A DNA stretch of 64,000 bases, taken from contig MU057344.1 of the NCBI GenBank assembly GCA_013239625.1, positions 1,738,276 to 1,802,275 of the forward strand, read 5' to 3'. Position numbers and translations under genes: made by a program. Below, in pieces: positions 33,992-45,030 of this stretch. Within the stretch, counting starts at the first letter, position 1. Every line of letters begins with the position of its first letter. The notes beneath the pieces were generated by a model that saw only the letters and a program-made list of their open reading frames with translations, was not told where the DNA came from and did no database searches. Source of the DNA: Lama guanicoe. Taxonomy: Eukaryota.

Positions 33992-34808
33992 CAACTCAGG
34001 AAAATGGGGCGCAGGAGCAGGACCGTGCCCCAGGCCTCGGGCGGGTGCCCAGGAGGCGCCCCGCCAAGTGAGGGCCCTTGGCTTCACACAGGACAGCTCA
34101 AGAGCGAGCCCAGGTAAAGGGAAGGTGGATTTCTTTAGAGAGACACAGGTAGATTTATCCGTAGACAGCGTGCGGCCATCTCAGAAGGCAAGAAAGGGGG
34201 TGGGAAGGGATAAACCTGGAAGTTTGAGATTTGCAAATGTTAGCCACTGTATATGAAAATAGATTTAAAAAACAAATTTCTTCTGTATCGCACAGAGAGC
34301 TAGGTTCAATGGCGTGTAAGGACCTTTGGTGAAAAAGCACGCAAACGCATGTGTGCATGTCTGTGCATGACGGGGACAGGGTGCTGCACACCAGAAACTG
34401 ACCATTGCAACCTACGAGCTTCAGCTGAAAACAAACAAGCAAACAGAGAAGGCAAGCGCCCAGCCGGAGGCCTGGGGCCCGGGGCTGTTAGCCTCTGCGG
34501 GCTGGGTGACTTCCTGTGCTGCCAAGCGGGCGGATTATTCCAACTACTTTGGGGAAGGGGTGGGGGCCCCAGGAACCGGGACCACCCCCGTTTTGGCCTT
34601 TTGTGGTCCACCTGGGAACAGTCAAGGCGCCTGTGGCTGGGCCACTTAGCGGCCAGTCCATTACAATGAGCGTAAGATGAAGCCCCAGGTCTACTGGAAG
34701 TCAAACCTTCCACCATCTTGGCCGCAAAGTCTACCGCGAGGTGAATCTTCTGCCATCTTGGTGTCATTCTTTCAATGGTTGTGCTCTGTCCCCTTCCCTC
34801 TTGTCTCA
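33992..34808 (-). mobile_element. ERV1 (MER41-like) solo LTR
   Basis: cttggcttcacacagga...caagagcgagc...gtaaag, cattacaatgagcgt and gccatcttgg motifs; ends tgtctca; candidate 4-bp TSD GGAG at 33988-33991 and 34809-34812. Confidence 0.65.
34193..34446 (+). mobile_element. 5'-truncated L1 3' end (cetartiodactyl, camelid-like)
   Basis: gggtgggaagggataaa...gagatttgcaaatgttagccact...ctgcacaccagaaactgac, decayed A-tail, 10-bp TSD AGAAGGCAAG at 34183-34192 and 34447-34456. Confidence 0.8.
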
Positions 34809-36255
34809 GGAGGGCCCTGCTCTCTCTGAAAGCTCTAGGGCAGGACCCCTCCTGCCTGTTCCGGCTGCTGGTGGCTGCCGGCAGCCCTCGGCACTCCTCG
34901 GTCTGCGACAGAGATTGGTTCACTCCAGCCTCTGTCTCCATCAGTACCTGGCTTACTCCTTTCTGTCTGTGTGTCCAGGCCTCTGTCTTCTCGTGACGAC
35001 ACCTGCCATTCGATTTAGGGCCTGGCCTCATCTGGTACGATCACGTCTTAATTATATCTGCAGATAAGGGTCCATCACAGCAGCATTCGGCTCTCAGGGA
35101 GGGGCACGGCCAGCCTGGAGGCCCGGGACGGGGAAGGAGGGCGTCTTGCCAAGGGGCCATCTGGGTGCTGTCCCAAGGGGCCATCTGCTCTGTGTCGACC
35201 CAGCCCCACACGCCCTTGGCCCCAGCCACAGGGGTGTGAGAGCTGCAGGCTCACCCCTGCTGGCAGGCAAGCGAGAGGAGGCCCATGTGGCCAGCCCCGG
35301 GTCCTCCTCTCCACGCCGGACACTTAAAGGCTCAAGCCGCCGACTCCGGGTCATTTCTTGTGTCATCTTCAAACCTCCGCTTTCTAGCTGAGACAACAGA
35401 GGCCCAGACAGGCCAAGCCGCTTGCTCTGGGTCACTTGCCCCCAGCCACACACTGAGCTGCTGGAGATGGAAGGTGGTCCCCGAAGCCTCCCAGCTTGGT
35501 GGCAGAGCCAGACTCCACGTGCTGGAGGGGTGGATGGGGATCAACCCTACAGTGACCAAGCTGCACTCTTAAAGAAGGTTTTATAGGAAAGCACTGAGTC
35601 AGCGTTGGGAACCCATGGGGCCTCTGTCTTCCCACAGGCCAAGACCCTCCAGGACTCCCCCAGCGGCTCCCTCCTGCAGTCTGGGCCTTGTGGGTGTAGT
35701 ACCCACAATGGCCTCTGGAGGGCAGCAGGTGTCCACCTTTCCCAGGAGCTGCCTGGAAGCCGTCTGTCCACCCAGGTGGCTGCAGGGCCCAGGACTCCGC
35801 CCACAGGAGTCAGCCATTAGCCCCTACCCACCCAAGACACACACACACACGGGACTGATGGCCCTGCTGGGCACCTTCCTATAGCCAGCTAGGCCCCTGC
35901 TTCAGGGCAGACATTGGAGGGGTGGGGACTGGGAAGGCCACAGGTGAGCCCAGCAAGACTGCCCTTCAAACCACAACACCCAAGAAAATGCCAAGCCAGC
36001 CCCGCGAGCCTGTGGCACCCCCTGGCCCCACACAGGGCAGTAAGCTCCCACAGCCACCAGTCCTGGGGGCGTGGACACCAGGAGGGGGCAGGCACGCACC
36101 CCAGGCTACACTGCCCTGCCGGCTGGCATGTCCCTGCACCCTGTCCACTGCACCAAGGCCTGGGGTCTGCGCAGAGACTGGTGGGCTGGAGGCTCACCCA
36201 GTGCACAGCCCAGCCTGGGCTCCAGCAGTGACTCATCTGGCAACGGCCTTTCCTG

Positions 36256-36287
36256 GTAAAGGGACCCAAACGTAAAGGGACCCAAAC
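36256..36287. repeat. 16-bp tandem duplication
   Basis: gtaaagggacccaaac x2. Confidence 0.9.
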
Positions 36288-36569
36288 GCAGACCAGAAGG
36301 GGACTGGCACATCCGCACCTACAAGGATGAGTCTGGGGATCTCAGGTCACATCCAGGAGTCACCTGACACCGGGGTGTGGGTGACACAGGGCAGGCAGGA
36401 TGACGGGGCATGGGGGCGCCCTGCCTGTCTGACTGGCTGGTGGGCCCAAGCCCAGAGTGGAAGCCAACCTGTCCCAGCCCCCAGCACCTTCTCCAGCGCC
36501 AGGGAACTGGGCTCCTGAAAGCCCCGCTGGGGAGCTGTTGCAGACTCTACACCCTGGGCAAGGCCTGCA

Positions 36570-36660
36570 AAGGCCAGGCTTCAAGTCCAGACTCAGCCTT
36601 GTGCCAACTGGCAAGCGCCTTCTTTCCCAGGCCTCAGTATCCTTATCTGGGAAGGGGCAG
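36570..36660 (+). mobile_element. MIR fragment
   Basis: ggcttcaagtccagactcagcc...ggcaag...gcctcagtatccttatctg. Confidence 0.5.
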
Positions 36661-36899
36661 CAGATGCACACGAAGGGGCCAGAGTGCGCGGTGTGCTCGC
36701 GGGCAGCTCTCTGGCCGCGGTCTCCAAATCCAGAAGCTGCGGCCGGTTTTGCAGCTGCGGAGCCTCTCAAGCATCAGACTCCCCGCGGGCTGGTCGGCTT
36801 CCAGGAGGACTTCTTGGAAGAGGAGGCAGCAGAGCCAGGCCTATAAGGAGAAATTCAGGGTCGCAGTGGGAGAAGGCAGGCCACCCGGGGGCACCCCAG

Positions 36900-37620
36900 C
36901 AGGCGACGCCCGACCGATGGCGGTGGACATAGGGGGCGCAGGGGACTCCGGCCGGGACTCCGAGGCGCGAGCCCGCTTGGCCGCGGGCCACGTGGGCGCC
37001 GGCCGGCCACGTGGGGACAGTGACGCAGGCGGCACGGCCAGGTACCTGGGGTGCGCCCCGCAGTCCGCTCCCGCCCGGCCCTTGGCGCCCTGCCCACCTG
37101 GCCGCCCACCTGCGGGGCCGGAGGGCGCCGCCGCCTCCCGCAGGGCCGCACAGGAAGTGGCGGGGCGGGGACAGGGAGGGACCGAGCGGCCGGGACCCAG
37201 CGCGGGGCCCGGAACGGCCGCCCCGCCAGGGCGGGAGCCTGGAGGCTGGACCGGCCCCACGTCGGCCGCCGCGCTCGTAGCTCCGTCCTCCGCCCCGCGG
37301 CGCAGGTAAGCCTGGGGGCAGGTGAGGGGCCAAGAGGTGAGCCTGGGAAAGGACGGGTGAGCGGGGCAGTGCGGGGACACCTTGGAGGGGGCCGGCAACC
37401 GTGGGGGCGCCTTCCGTCCCCTGCGCTTTTCCGCCAGCCCCGCCCCGGGGGCCACGACACTCTGCGGCTCCCTCCCTCCGCGGTGGCTGCGGCCGGGGCT
37501 GCGGGAGGGGGCGGGGCCTGGCTGGCCCCAGGGCCCCCGAACTTCCTCCCCTCCCCCACTGCCGGGCTTCAAGCTTCCCGGCGTCCGTCCGCCCCCTACC
37601 CTCCTTTGAGCCCTAGGGGC
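36900..37620 (+). promoter_or_regulatory. ARHGEF16: ARHGEF16 CpG-island promoter
   Basis: Very high CpG density; two GGCCACGTGG E-boxes (CACGTG at 36989 and 37008), ETS CAGGAAGT at 37151, adjacent GC box GGGGCGGGG. Confidence 0.85.
37150..37305 (+). other. ARHGEF16: ARHGEF16 exon 1 (presumed non-coding; start approximate)
   Basis: Strong donor CAG|gtaagc at 37305/37306 inside the CpG island. The exon 2 acceptor lies only 19 nt before the ATG, so an upstream exon is required. Confidence 0.75.
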
Positions 37621-38264
37621 GCTTCCTGGCCCTGGAGAGGAACTCTGCAGCCAGAGCTCCCACCGGGGCATAGGAGCTGAGAGATCTTTAGGGAGCCCCA
37701 GGGCCTTTGAAAGGGGGGGAGGGGCAATAAAGAACTCTCCCCAAACCCTGGAGAATCTGCTGCCCAAACCTGCGTCGGCACAAGAGTTAGCAGCCCCAAG
37801 AATGAGGAGCCCTCCCCACAGCAAGTGGAGAAGGAACTCCTCGCCCACCGTGGGGAGCAGCCCCCAGCAGGGAAGGGGTCCTGCTCTGCCTGAGCCGAGA
37901 GAGAGAGGGGAGGGAGGAGGGTGGGGCTCGACTCCCGGCTCCCGAAGCTGCTGGGACACCTGTCTGTCTGCCCAGCCTCCGCTTCTGCATCTGGGAAGCA
38001 AGGCTCCTTTCCGAGAAGTGGGTGGGCCTCAGTCCACTCTCTGGCATGGGGGCGGGGGCGCTGGGGAGCTCCCCTTCCCACCTGGAGCCCAGACGGCCTG
38101 ATTCCTTCCTCTGTCCTTGAGGTGGACAGTCTGCACCTCCTGGTGAGGGGTTAAGGGGTGCTTGTCAGGCCGACCAAGGCCAGGCAAAGCAGCTTGCGGG
38201 TCTGGCTGGGACGGACTGGAGCACCCCTGACTCTGTACACCGGTCTGCCTGCACCCCTGCTGCC

Positions 38265-38373
38265 TAGTGCTTAGGGGTGGGGTCCCCAGGTCCAAATCCT
38301 GGCTCTGTGTGACTTAAGGCAAGTGACTTCAGCCCTCTGGGCCTCGGTTTCCACCTCTGTAAAATGAGAGTAG
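38265..38373 (+). mobile_element. MIR fragment
   Basis: caaatcctggctctgtgtgacttaaggcaagtgacttcagccctctgggcctcggtttccacctctgtaaaatg. Confidence 0.8.
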
Positions 38374-39405
38374 TTAGAGGATGCTGACTCAGCTGGGGCT
38401 CCTTTCTGTTCTGGTCGCTGCTCTGACGATGCCCACAGGCCACAAAAGATGAAAACTTCTGTGGGGTAGATCGTGGGCACAGGCCAGGGCTCCCCCGAGG
38501 CCTCCTGGCAGGGGCCCCTCCCCCCCCCCGCCTGGACACCTGCAGGAAGGACCCTGTGTGGGGGCAGGGGGGGACATCCCTCTTCCCCAGGGGCTCTGGT
38601 TCCTGGGGGGTGTCTCCGACCCTGCATGGAAGGGAACAAGGCACAGAGGTGAAGTGGCGTGAGGCAGCTTGCCGGGGCCCCTGAGATGCCAGTCTGTGCC
38701 TGGTCTGACGGGCACAGCCGCTCCCCGCGTCTGGCTCCCGGAATTTTAGTTTCAGTTTCTGAGTGGGTCTCAGCTGCTTGTCTCCTTCGCTTGTGGGAGT
38801 TACTGTCCGTGCTCGGGTGACCGGCCACCTGTCCCAGCGTCTTTATTTCCAGTGAGAGTCGCCACTCACCCCGCTGGGGTTGGGGCAGTGATCTAGGTCA
38901 GACGGGGCCTGGCTCCCCACCCAGCTCTCTGCTGCCCGCTGCCCGACCCCAGCAGGGGTCACATTCCTTCTGCACCTGCTTCTCACCTGGCAGAGAGGGG
39001 AAGTACCCTCCTTCCAGAAGAGCAGTGAGGGACTGAGGACACAGTGGACGAGAGAGTGTGTGGAGGACACCCGTGGGTCATCTGTGCAGGCCACCTGTGG
39101 AGTCAGGGCTCTGACTCCCCATCCCTGTGTGCCAGCCAAGCCTGGCAAAGCGGCTGGGCTTATGGGGCGTCTGGACTCAGAGGCGGGAGCAGGAAGCCAC
39201 GGAGGGGCCTGGACGGGTGGGCACCGCGGGCTGATCCAGGAGGGTGGTCTCTGTGATGACTGCCCCACCGGGGACCTGTAGCCCTTGTCCAAAGGGGGAG
39301 CCCAGGGCTTAGCACTGCCGGCTGCCAGGCTGCGTCCCGGGCCGAGGGCGGCCGGTGGGTCTTCCCGACCCCGACGCTGGCGGGTGAGTCTGCGCTTAGC
39401 TAAGC

Positions 39406-39607
39406 TGAGGTTTCTCCAGCTCAGCCCTGGGGACGTTTGTTCCAGATCATCCCTTGTGGGGCTGCCCTGTGCGCTGTAAAGCACTGGGCAGCACCCCTGG
39501 GCCCTACGCACAAGAGGCCAGTAGCTCGGCCCCGGCTGTGACCACTGTCTCCAGACACTGTTGAGTGTCCCCTGAGGGGGCCAAGGCACCTCAGTGGAGA
39601 GCCCCCA
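39406..39607 (-). mobile_element. MER20 (hAT-Charlie) DNA transposon, near full length
   Basis: ggtttctccagctcagc...ttgtggggctgccctgtgcgctgta...gccagtagc...tgtctccagacactg...tgtcccctgaggggg follows the MER20 reverse complement. Confidence 0.75.
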
Positions 39608-40052
39608 GCTGCCCCCCACCGCTTTGCAAATGAAACCGTTTGCTGCGTGCCGTGTGTTTTCCGAAGCCAAATCCTGCCCCGCCGTCCGCGCGACTCCACA
39701 TCTTGAGCTTGGCCGGGCAGTCACCCGAGCACAAGGCCGTCATTGTGGGTCCAGCGTGCCCGAGCAAAGATGAGCCTGGGCACACGATGCCAGGTGGACT
39801 GAGCCCCTCCAGGCAGGGTCAAGCCCACCAGACCTTAGAGGGACAGAGGTGCCCCAAGGATGGAGGTGTCGGGGTGACCTCACCCGAGGGGCAGTGGGTC
39901 CTAAGCTCCGTGCAGTTTGGGTCCTGGTGTCTGTGAGAGCAGCTGAGACCAGGGCCACAGGCCCACGCCAGGGGGACTGTGCTTCTTCGGGGGAGCAGGA
40001 GGGATGGCACTGAGCCCACTGGGGCCCCAGGAAGCCCATCCACCCAGAAGAA

Positions 40053-40135
40053 CCAGGGCTCTGGGGGGCTGGGCTGCACGGGGCCCCCCGGCCAGGGCTC
40101 TGGGGGGCTGGGCTGCATGGGACCCCCTGGGCCAG
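40053..40135. repeat. 39-bp tandem duplication
   Basis: ccagggctctggggggctgggctgca(c/t)ggg... x2. Confidence 0.88.
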
Positions 40136-43100
40136 GCGACCCGAAACACAGCCAGGGTGCAGCCAAGTGCAGCTCAGGACCAGACAAGCTGGGTCGGGTC
40201 ACCTGAGGCCACCGGAGGCCCTTCTGCCTCCACCTCTGACCCTCAGCCCACCACTCCTCCCACCCAGGTCCCACGTACCCCTGACTCGCATCTGCATGTG
40301 TGCCGGGGACCCCAGGGCGGGCTGCTTAGGGGCCAAGGAAAAAGCTAGTGCTGTGGTTCCCAGGGCTCAAAGGTACTGGCCCTCCCAGCCCCGCCCCGAG
40401 CAGAAGCAGCCGGGTGTCGCCGGGCGGTGGCACAGACAGGCCTGGAGCCCCCGTGGCGCTGCCCTGGAGGGTTTGGCTCACTCGAAGCCAAGTCCCGTGC
40501 GGGTTAATTTTCCGCATAGAGCAGCAGGGCCTCTTCCGGAAGACGTGCTTCCAGGGAGAGAAGCCCAGAGAAGGTGCTCACAAGGTCAGCCTTCCCTCTT
40601 CAGTTTGGGAATTGAGCCCAACTGTTTGTGGGGACGTGAACAGGAAGTCGTCCTTGCTCCTAAAGGATGCACAGACTCGTTGGGGAAGACAGAGGGACAG
40701 ACAGTCACCATGAAGCCCTCACTGCCATGGGCATCTTTGGGGGAGCTTTCCGGGGCTGCCTTGCTGGGGAGCAGACCTGCCTCTGTGACTCAAGTGGTCA
40801 CTGCAGGGTGTCCGGCCTCTCTGAGCGACATCGCTGCCTGGAGAGCACACGCTCTCACCCATCCCCTGTGCTGGCTGCAGGACACCAGGCATTGGCCAGC
40901 ATCCGATGAGGACAATGAAAGAGCTACTCTGCTGGAGGAGGAGCTGCCAGAACGAGACCCGGTGAGGGGTCCCCAAGAGTCTGCCAGGCAGACGTGCATG
41001 CTTCTGCCCCAAATTCCCTGTGACTCCGAGTCGTGAGCTTGGCTGGGCAGAGTAACCCGAGCACAAGGCCATGTGTGTGCTTGGGGTACAGGACCCCCAC
41101 CAGCACCTGCCTGTCTCCTAACAGAAGCTGACAGCAGACCAGGACCAGGACCACCCGGTGTTTGAGGAAAGCCTGGGGCCTGGGAGGGGGCTGAGATGAA
41201 GGAGAAGTGTGGCTGGGCCAGGGGCAGAGAGAAACTAGTTGGAAAGAAAATACATTGACAGAGTGCATGGCATTCGCGAAACAAGAACAGGCTGCGGTGA
41301 GTAAAGAGCAGGAGAGAGCGCCTCGTAGGACGAGAAGAACAAGAGCCGTTCAGGGGGACGGAGGGAGCCCCCCACAAAGGATGACGCGGGATGCAGGAGG
41401 GGAGAGATGGGCGATTAGGAGGGCAGCTCAGTGGCGTCAGTGCTCACAGACGTCTGTCCGGAAAGAGAGCAGAGAAAAGAGGTGGGAGGACCTATCAAAG
41501 AAGCACCACTGGGAAGCGTGTGGACCTAGAACAGCTTGGCAGGATGCACAAGCCTGTGGCTCCGTCTCTGTGAGCGCATCCCCGTGGCTGTCAGTGCTCG
41601 GGGGTCAAGCGGGGAGCCCACACCCCCGGTGGCGCTAGGGAGAGCCTCCCGTCACGACGCGAGGAGGAGAAGTCAGACCGATGTCTCAGCAGCAGTGGGA
41701 AGGCAAGGGAAGGAGCCTTCTCCATTCTGGAAGAAACTAGTCTCAAATGGGACCCTAAGCTCCGCTGGCTACCGGCAGAGGAAAAGGCAGAAAGGAGACA
41801 TTTTTAGACAAAGATCTCCCTCCTGTGGCGCTGCCTTGGGAAGATGCCAGTGGGTGGGGGCAGGGGGCGGGCCCTGGCTCAGAGGGGAGGGAAGGAAGAA
41901 AGAAGAGGACTGGTGTGCAGGGTGGGGGCCGAGGGCCGATCTCCTGCCCCCGAAGCAGGGAGGGGTGTGCCGGGGAGAGAGGACAGGGTCTCTGGGCAAA
42001 GGCGGGCAGCCGCTTGACCCTGCGCACTGTGTGGCCAGCATTCTCAGGGCATGGCCGCTGGGGCGCACCCAGGAAATTAACAGGAGGAAGGCCAGCCAGT
42101 AAACAAGAGAGAATTATTAACGAGAAGCGGGGGCAGGCGGGCCGTGCTAACACAAACACCCACACGGATGGGCCGAGCCGAGGCTGGGGTCTCGTCCATG
42201 CAGCCGGCCAGAGAGGGTCGGTGATGCCCACAGCCGGGAGATCATGAAAGAGCACGCCGGGCCTGGTTTGGAAATTGGGAGGAAGCTGAAAAGCCCAGAG
42301 TGGTGGCTGGCGGGGAATGGGGTGGTGGCGTGCGGAAGAGGACGCCTGTCTTTGATGATAAGCCTCTCGGTGCTGTTTGACTTCTGAACCTACACCCAGG
42401 TGGCTGTGTGACCAACTAAACACTGGAAGGAAGAAGACGGTGGCCCTGTGATGCCTGCTGCTCCGGGGGCCGCTCAGGCTGGGGCCCGGGCCTCGTGCAG
42501 AGCCGGGCAGCTGCCCACACCTCTGGCACAGAGCCCCTCTCCTTCGGGCCTGGGTCCCACGTTGGAGGCTGCCCAGGTCTGTGGGTGTGGCCCCCTCCGA
42601 GGAACCAAGGTCACGTCCAGCCATGGCGGGCCTGACGGGCTCCACCTGGCACCTTCCAGCTGGGAGCAGACTTTGCCCTCTCCTGGGAGACGCCGTGCCA
42701 CTGGCCGGGCTCAGAGGAGGGGATCAGGAAGACTCAGGCCTGGGGCTCAAGAAGGGAGGAGGCGGGGAAGGAGGATGGATGAGGGGACAGGGCGGGCGGG
42801 GCTCACGGCCCCACAGTCACTGTCTGGCCCTTCAGTGCCACCTGCGTGTTAGGACAGCGTCAGCCCTCCCTGTGGCAGATACACCGAGGCTAGAATAAAA
42901 GGACTCAGACACTGGGGGTCTCCTGGCCGGCCGCCCACTTGGGTGCATTGTGCTCGGTGTGCAAACAGACACAGTCTGAAAGAAGCCCATTTCTCAGCCA
43001 GGCCTGGCTAACGTGCAGCCAAGTTCACGTGGGTGGGCGATCCAGGCGGGTGTGGCCTCTGCCCACGGCTGCCGGCTCCCTGGGAGGCCCGGGCTGGCTG

Positions 43101-43994
43101 CTGCCACCCTCGGCCTGGTGACTCAGACTGTCCCCAGGAATGCGTGGGCAGCCTCCTGCTGTGGGGGTGGCCAGGGCTCACGGGCGGGTGGGCAGCCCCT
43201 CCCTGTGGGCCCGGGAGGCTGAGCCGCACACGCTTTCCTGGGATGGTTTTAGCGTAAAACTGATGGACTGGGACAGAGCCAGGCAGAGAGCCAGGCCTCC
43301 AGTTGCCCTGCAGTCGCTCTGACCGTGCCATGAGCGAGGCCAGCCCCGTGCGCCTGCCCTGCCCGGCCTCCCGTCAGAGGGATTCCTAGGCTGAAGCTAG
43401 AACCTCCCAGGGCGAGCACGCAGACCCAAGGCTGTGCGTGAGGCGGGCTCGGGCTGGGACCCGCCCGGTGATTCCTGGGGCAGATGGTGATTCCCCGGCG
43501 GCACCCACCATCCCAGGCCTTGCCACTTCCGCTGCGGGCCCCCTAGATGGGAGAAAGCAGGTAGCTCCCTCCCTCAGCAGGGCTGCCAGAGAAATTCCCG
43601 GTCAGCATTCCTTCCCCATCTGTCGGCGCAGGCGTGGTGGCGAGGCTCCCTCCCAGCTGGGCCCCTGGACAGATGACCTGGAGCCTTGGTTTCCCCATCT
43701 GGAAAACAGGCTCCCCCTCTCGCCCGGCCCTGATCATGCTAACATTTAAGAAGCATTTGAACATTTAAGAAGTGTATATCAGAAGCACATGAAGGGTGGC
43801 TATCCAGGTTTTTATTCAAAGGGGAAAGAATTAAAGGAGCGAGTTCTCCCCCTGTTGGATTTTGATCCTACAAAGTGCTAAGCCGGCAGCCTCTCCCTTT
43901 GAGGCTCCAGGTAACCTTCTATGCAGCTTGGTCTTGCAAGGCTATGGCCCTCGGCGGCCCCTCATGCCCAGCACCTATGAGCCCACCACCCTTC

Positions 43995-44068
43995 CCAGCA
44001 CCCTCGGGAGGCGGGGTGATTCTTACTGTGCCCATTTTACAGATTTTGAAACCAAGGCGCAGCGAGCA
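43995..44068 (-). mobile_element. MIR fragment
   Basis: cccattttacagattttgaaaccaaggcgcag. Confidence 0.6.
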
Positions 44069-44227
44069 GTGGGGAGAAGGAACAGTGGCGATGGGAGAGC
44101 AGACCCTCAGATTGGATTGGTCAGTGGTCAGAGGCTGGTGCCCTTGAGGCTTGTAAGTGGTTCTGCCTGGCCCAGAGGTGTGACACGTGGCCGTGGACCC
44201 ACCCACCCTGGCCGAATGATGTGCTAA

Positions 44228-44460
44228 CAGTCAGGATGAGCCTGGTTATGCTGCAGTGACAAATAGCCCCGCAAAAATGCTTACAGACCCTGGGTCTCTG
44301 GGCCCTACACGTCCTGGGCACTCAGGTCCCAGGCTGATGGGGCTCCATTCAGACGTGCGCTCCCGCCATCACTGCCATGGGGGAGGGCACGGCAGGGAAT
44401 CTGTCAGTGGCTCCAGAAGTTTCTGCCCAGGAGGGACACATGTCCTTTGCTCAGCCCTAC
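44228..44460 (-). mobile_element. Old MLT1 (K/L-like) LTR fragment
   Basis: agtcaggatgagcctggttatgctgcagtgacaaatagcccc resembles the MLT1K terminus. Confidence 0.55.
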
Positions 44461-44919
44461 CTGTGCTGGAAGGAGGAAAGTGGGGGACAGTGGTGGACAC
44501 GTGGGGATATCACGTCACGTGGGGCTGCCAGGCTGGCCGAGGGCTGGAGGGTGGGTGAGGATGGAGAGGGAGAAGGGGTGGAGGTGGGACATGAGGTGCT
44601 GGGAGGGATGGGCTGGAACATCTGGGGGATGCGGGGAGAGTGGACAGCCCTCAGAGGGCGCCGGTCACAGGCCACGGCCGCGCCCCTGGAGCACAGTGTG
44701 TCCTGGGGCTGTGGGCGCCGGGGCAGAGCTATGCAAACACCCCCCTCCCTCTCCGGGACCACGTGGCTCACACTATGACCGTGCCTGGCAAGGCTCCTGA
44801 GACAGACTGTTGGCCCCGTTCTGAGTTCAGACGTGCGGAAAGTGTGAGTGTGTCATGGGACGTGTGGAAAGGCCATGTAGACGGCTGAACACAGTGGTGT
44901 CACCCCAGGCGGTGCTGAG

Positions 44920-45030
44920 ACAAGAGAATCAGACAGGCCTGGGTTCAGACCCTGTTCCCATGCGTCCTGCCAGCCCCTGGCCTCTCTGCAAAATGAGAAT
45001 GAAGCCCATGCCTCTCGATTTGGAGGAGAT
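44920..45030 (+). mobile_element. MIR fragment
   Basis: atcagacaggcctgggttcagaccctg...ctgcaaaatgagaatga. Confidence 0.55.

Larger units (their letters stand above)
33884..35075 (-). mobile_element. MLT1 LTR split in two (~33884-33991 and 34809-35075) by a younger LTR
   Basis: Left part ...tctggaggccagacgtccgagaccaaggtgtcgg continues as agggccctgctctctctgaaagctctagggcagg..., contiguous in the recalled MLT1 consensus. Confidence 0.75.

Noticed and set aside
37726-37731. AATAAA in ARHGEF16 intron 1 (also at 42894)
   Set aside because: Isolated hexamers with no supporting terminal exon or clear downstream element.
36841-38001. 386-aa minus-strand ORF across the CpG island
   Set aside because: Stop-codon depletion in a CpG island; no domain or codon signal.
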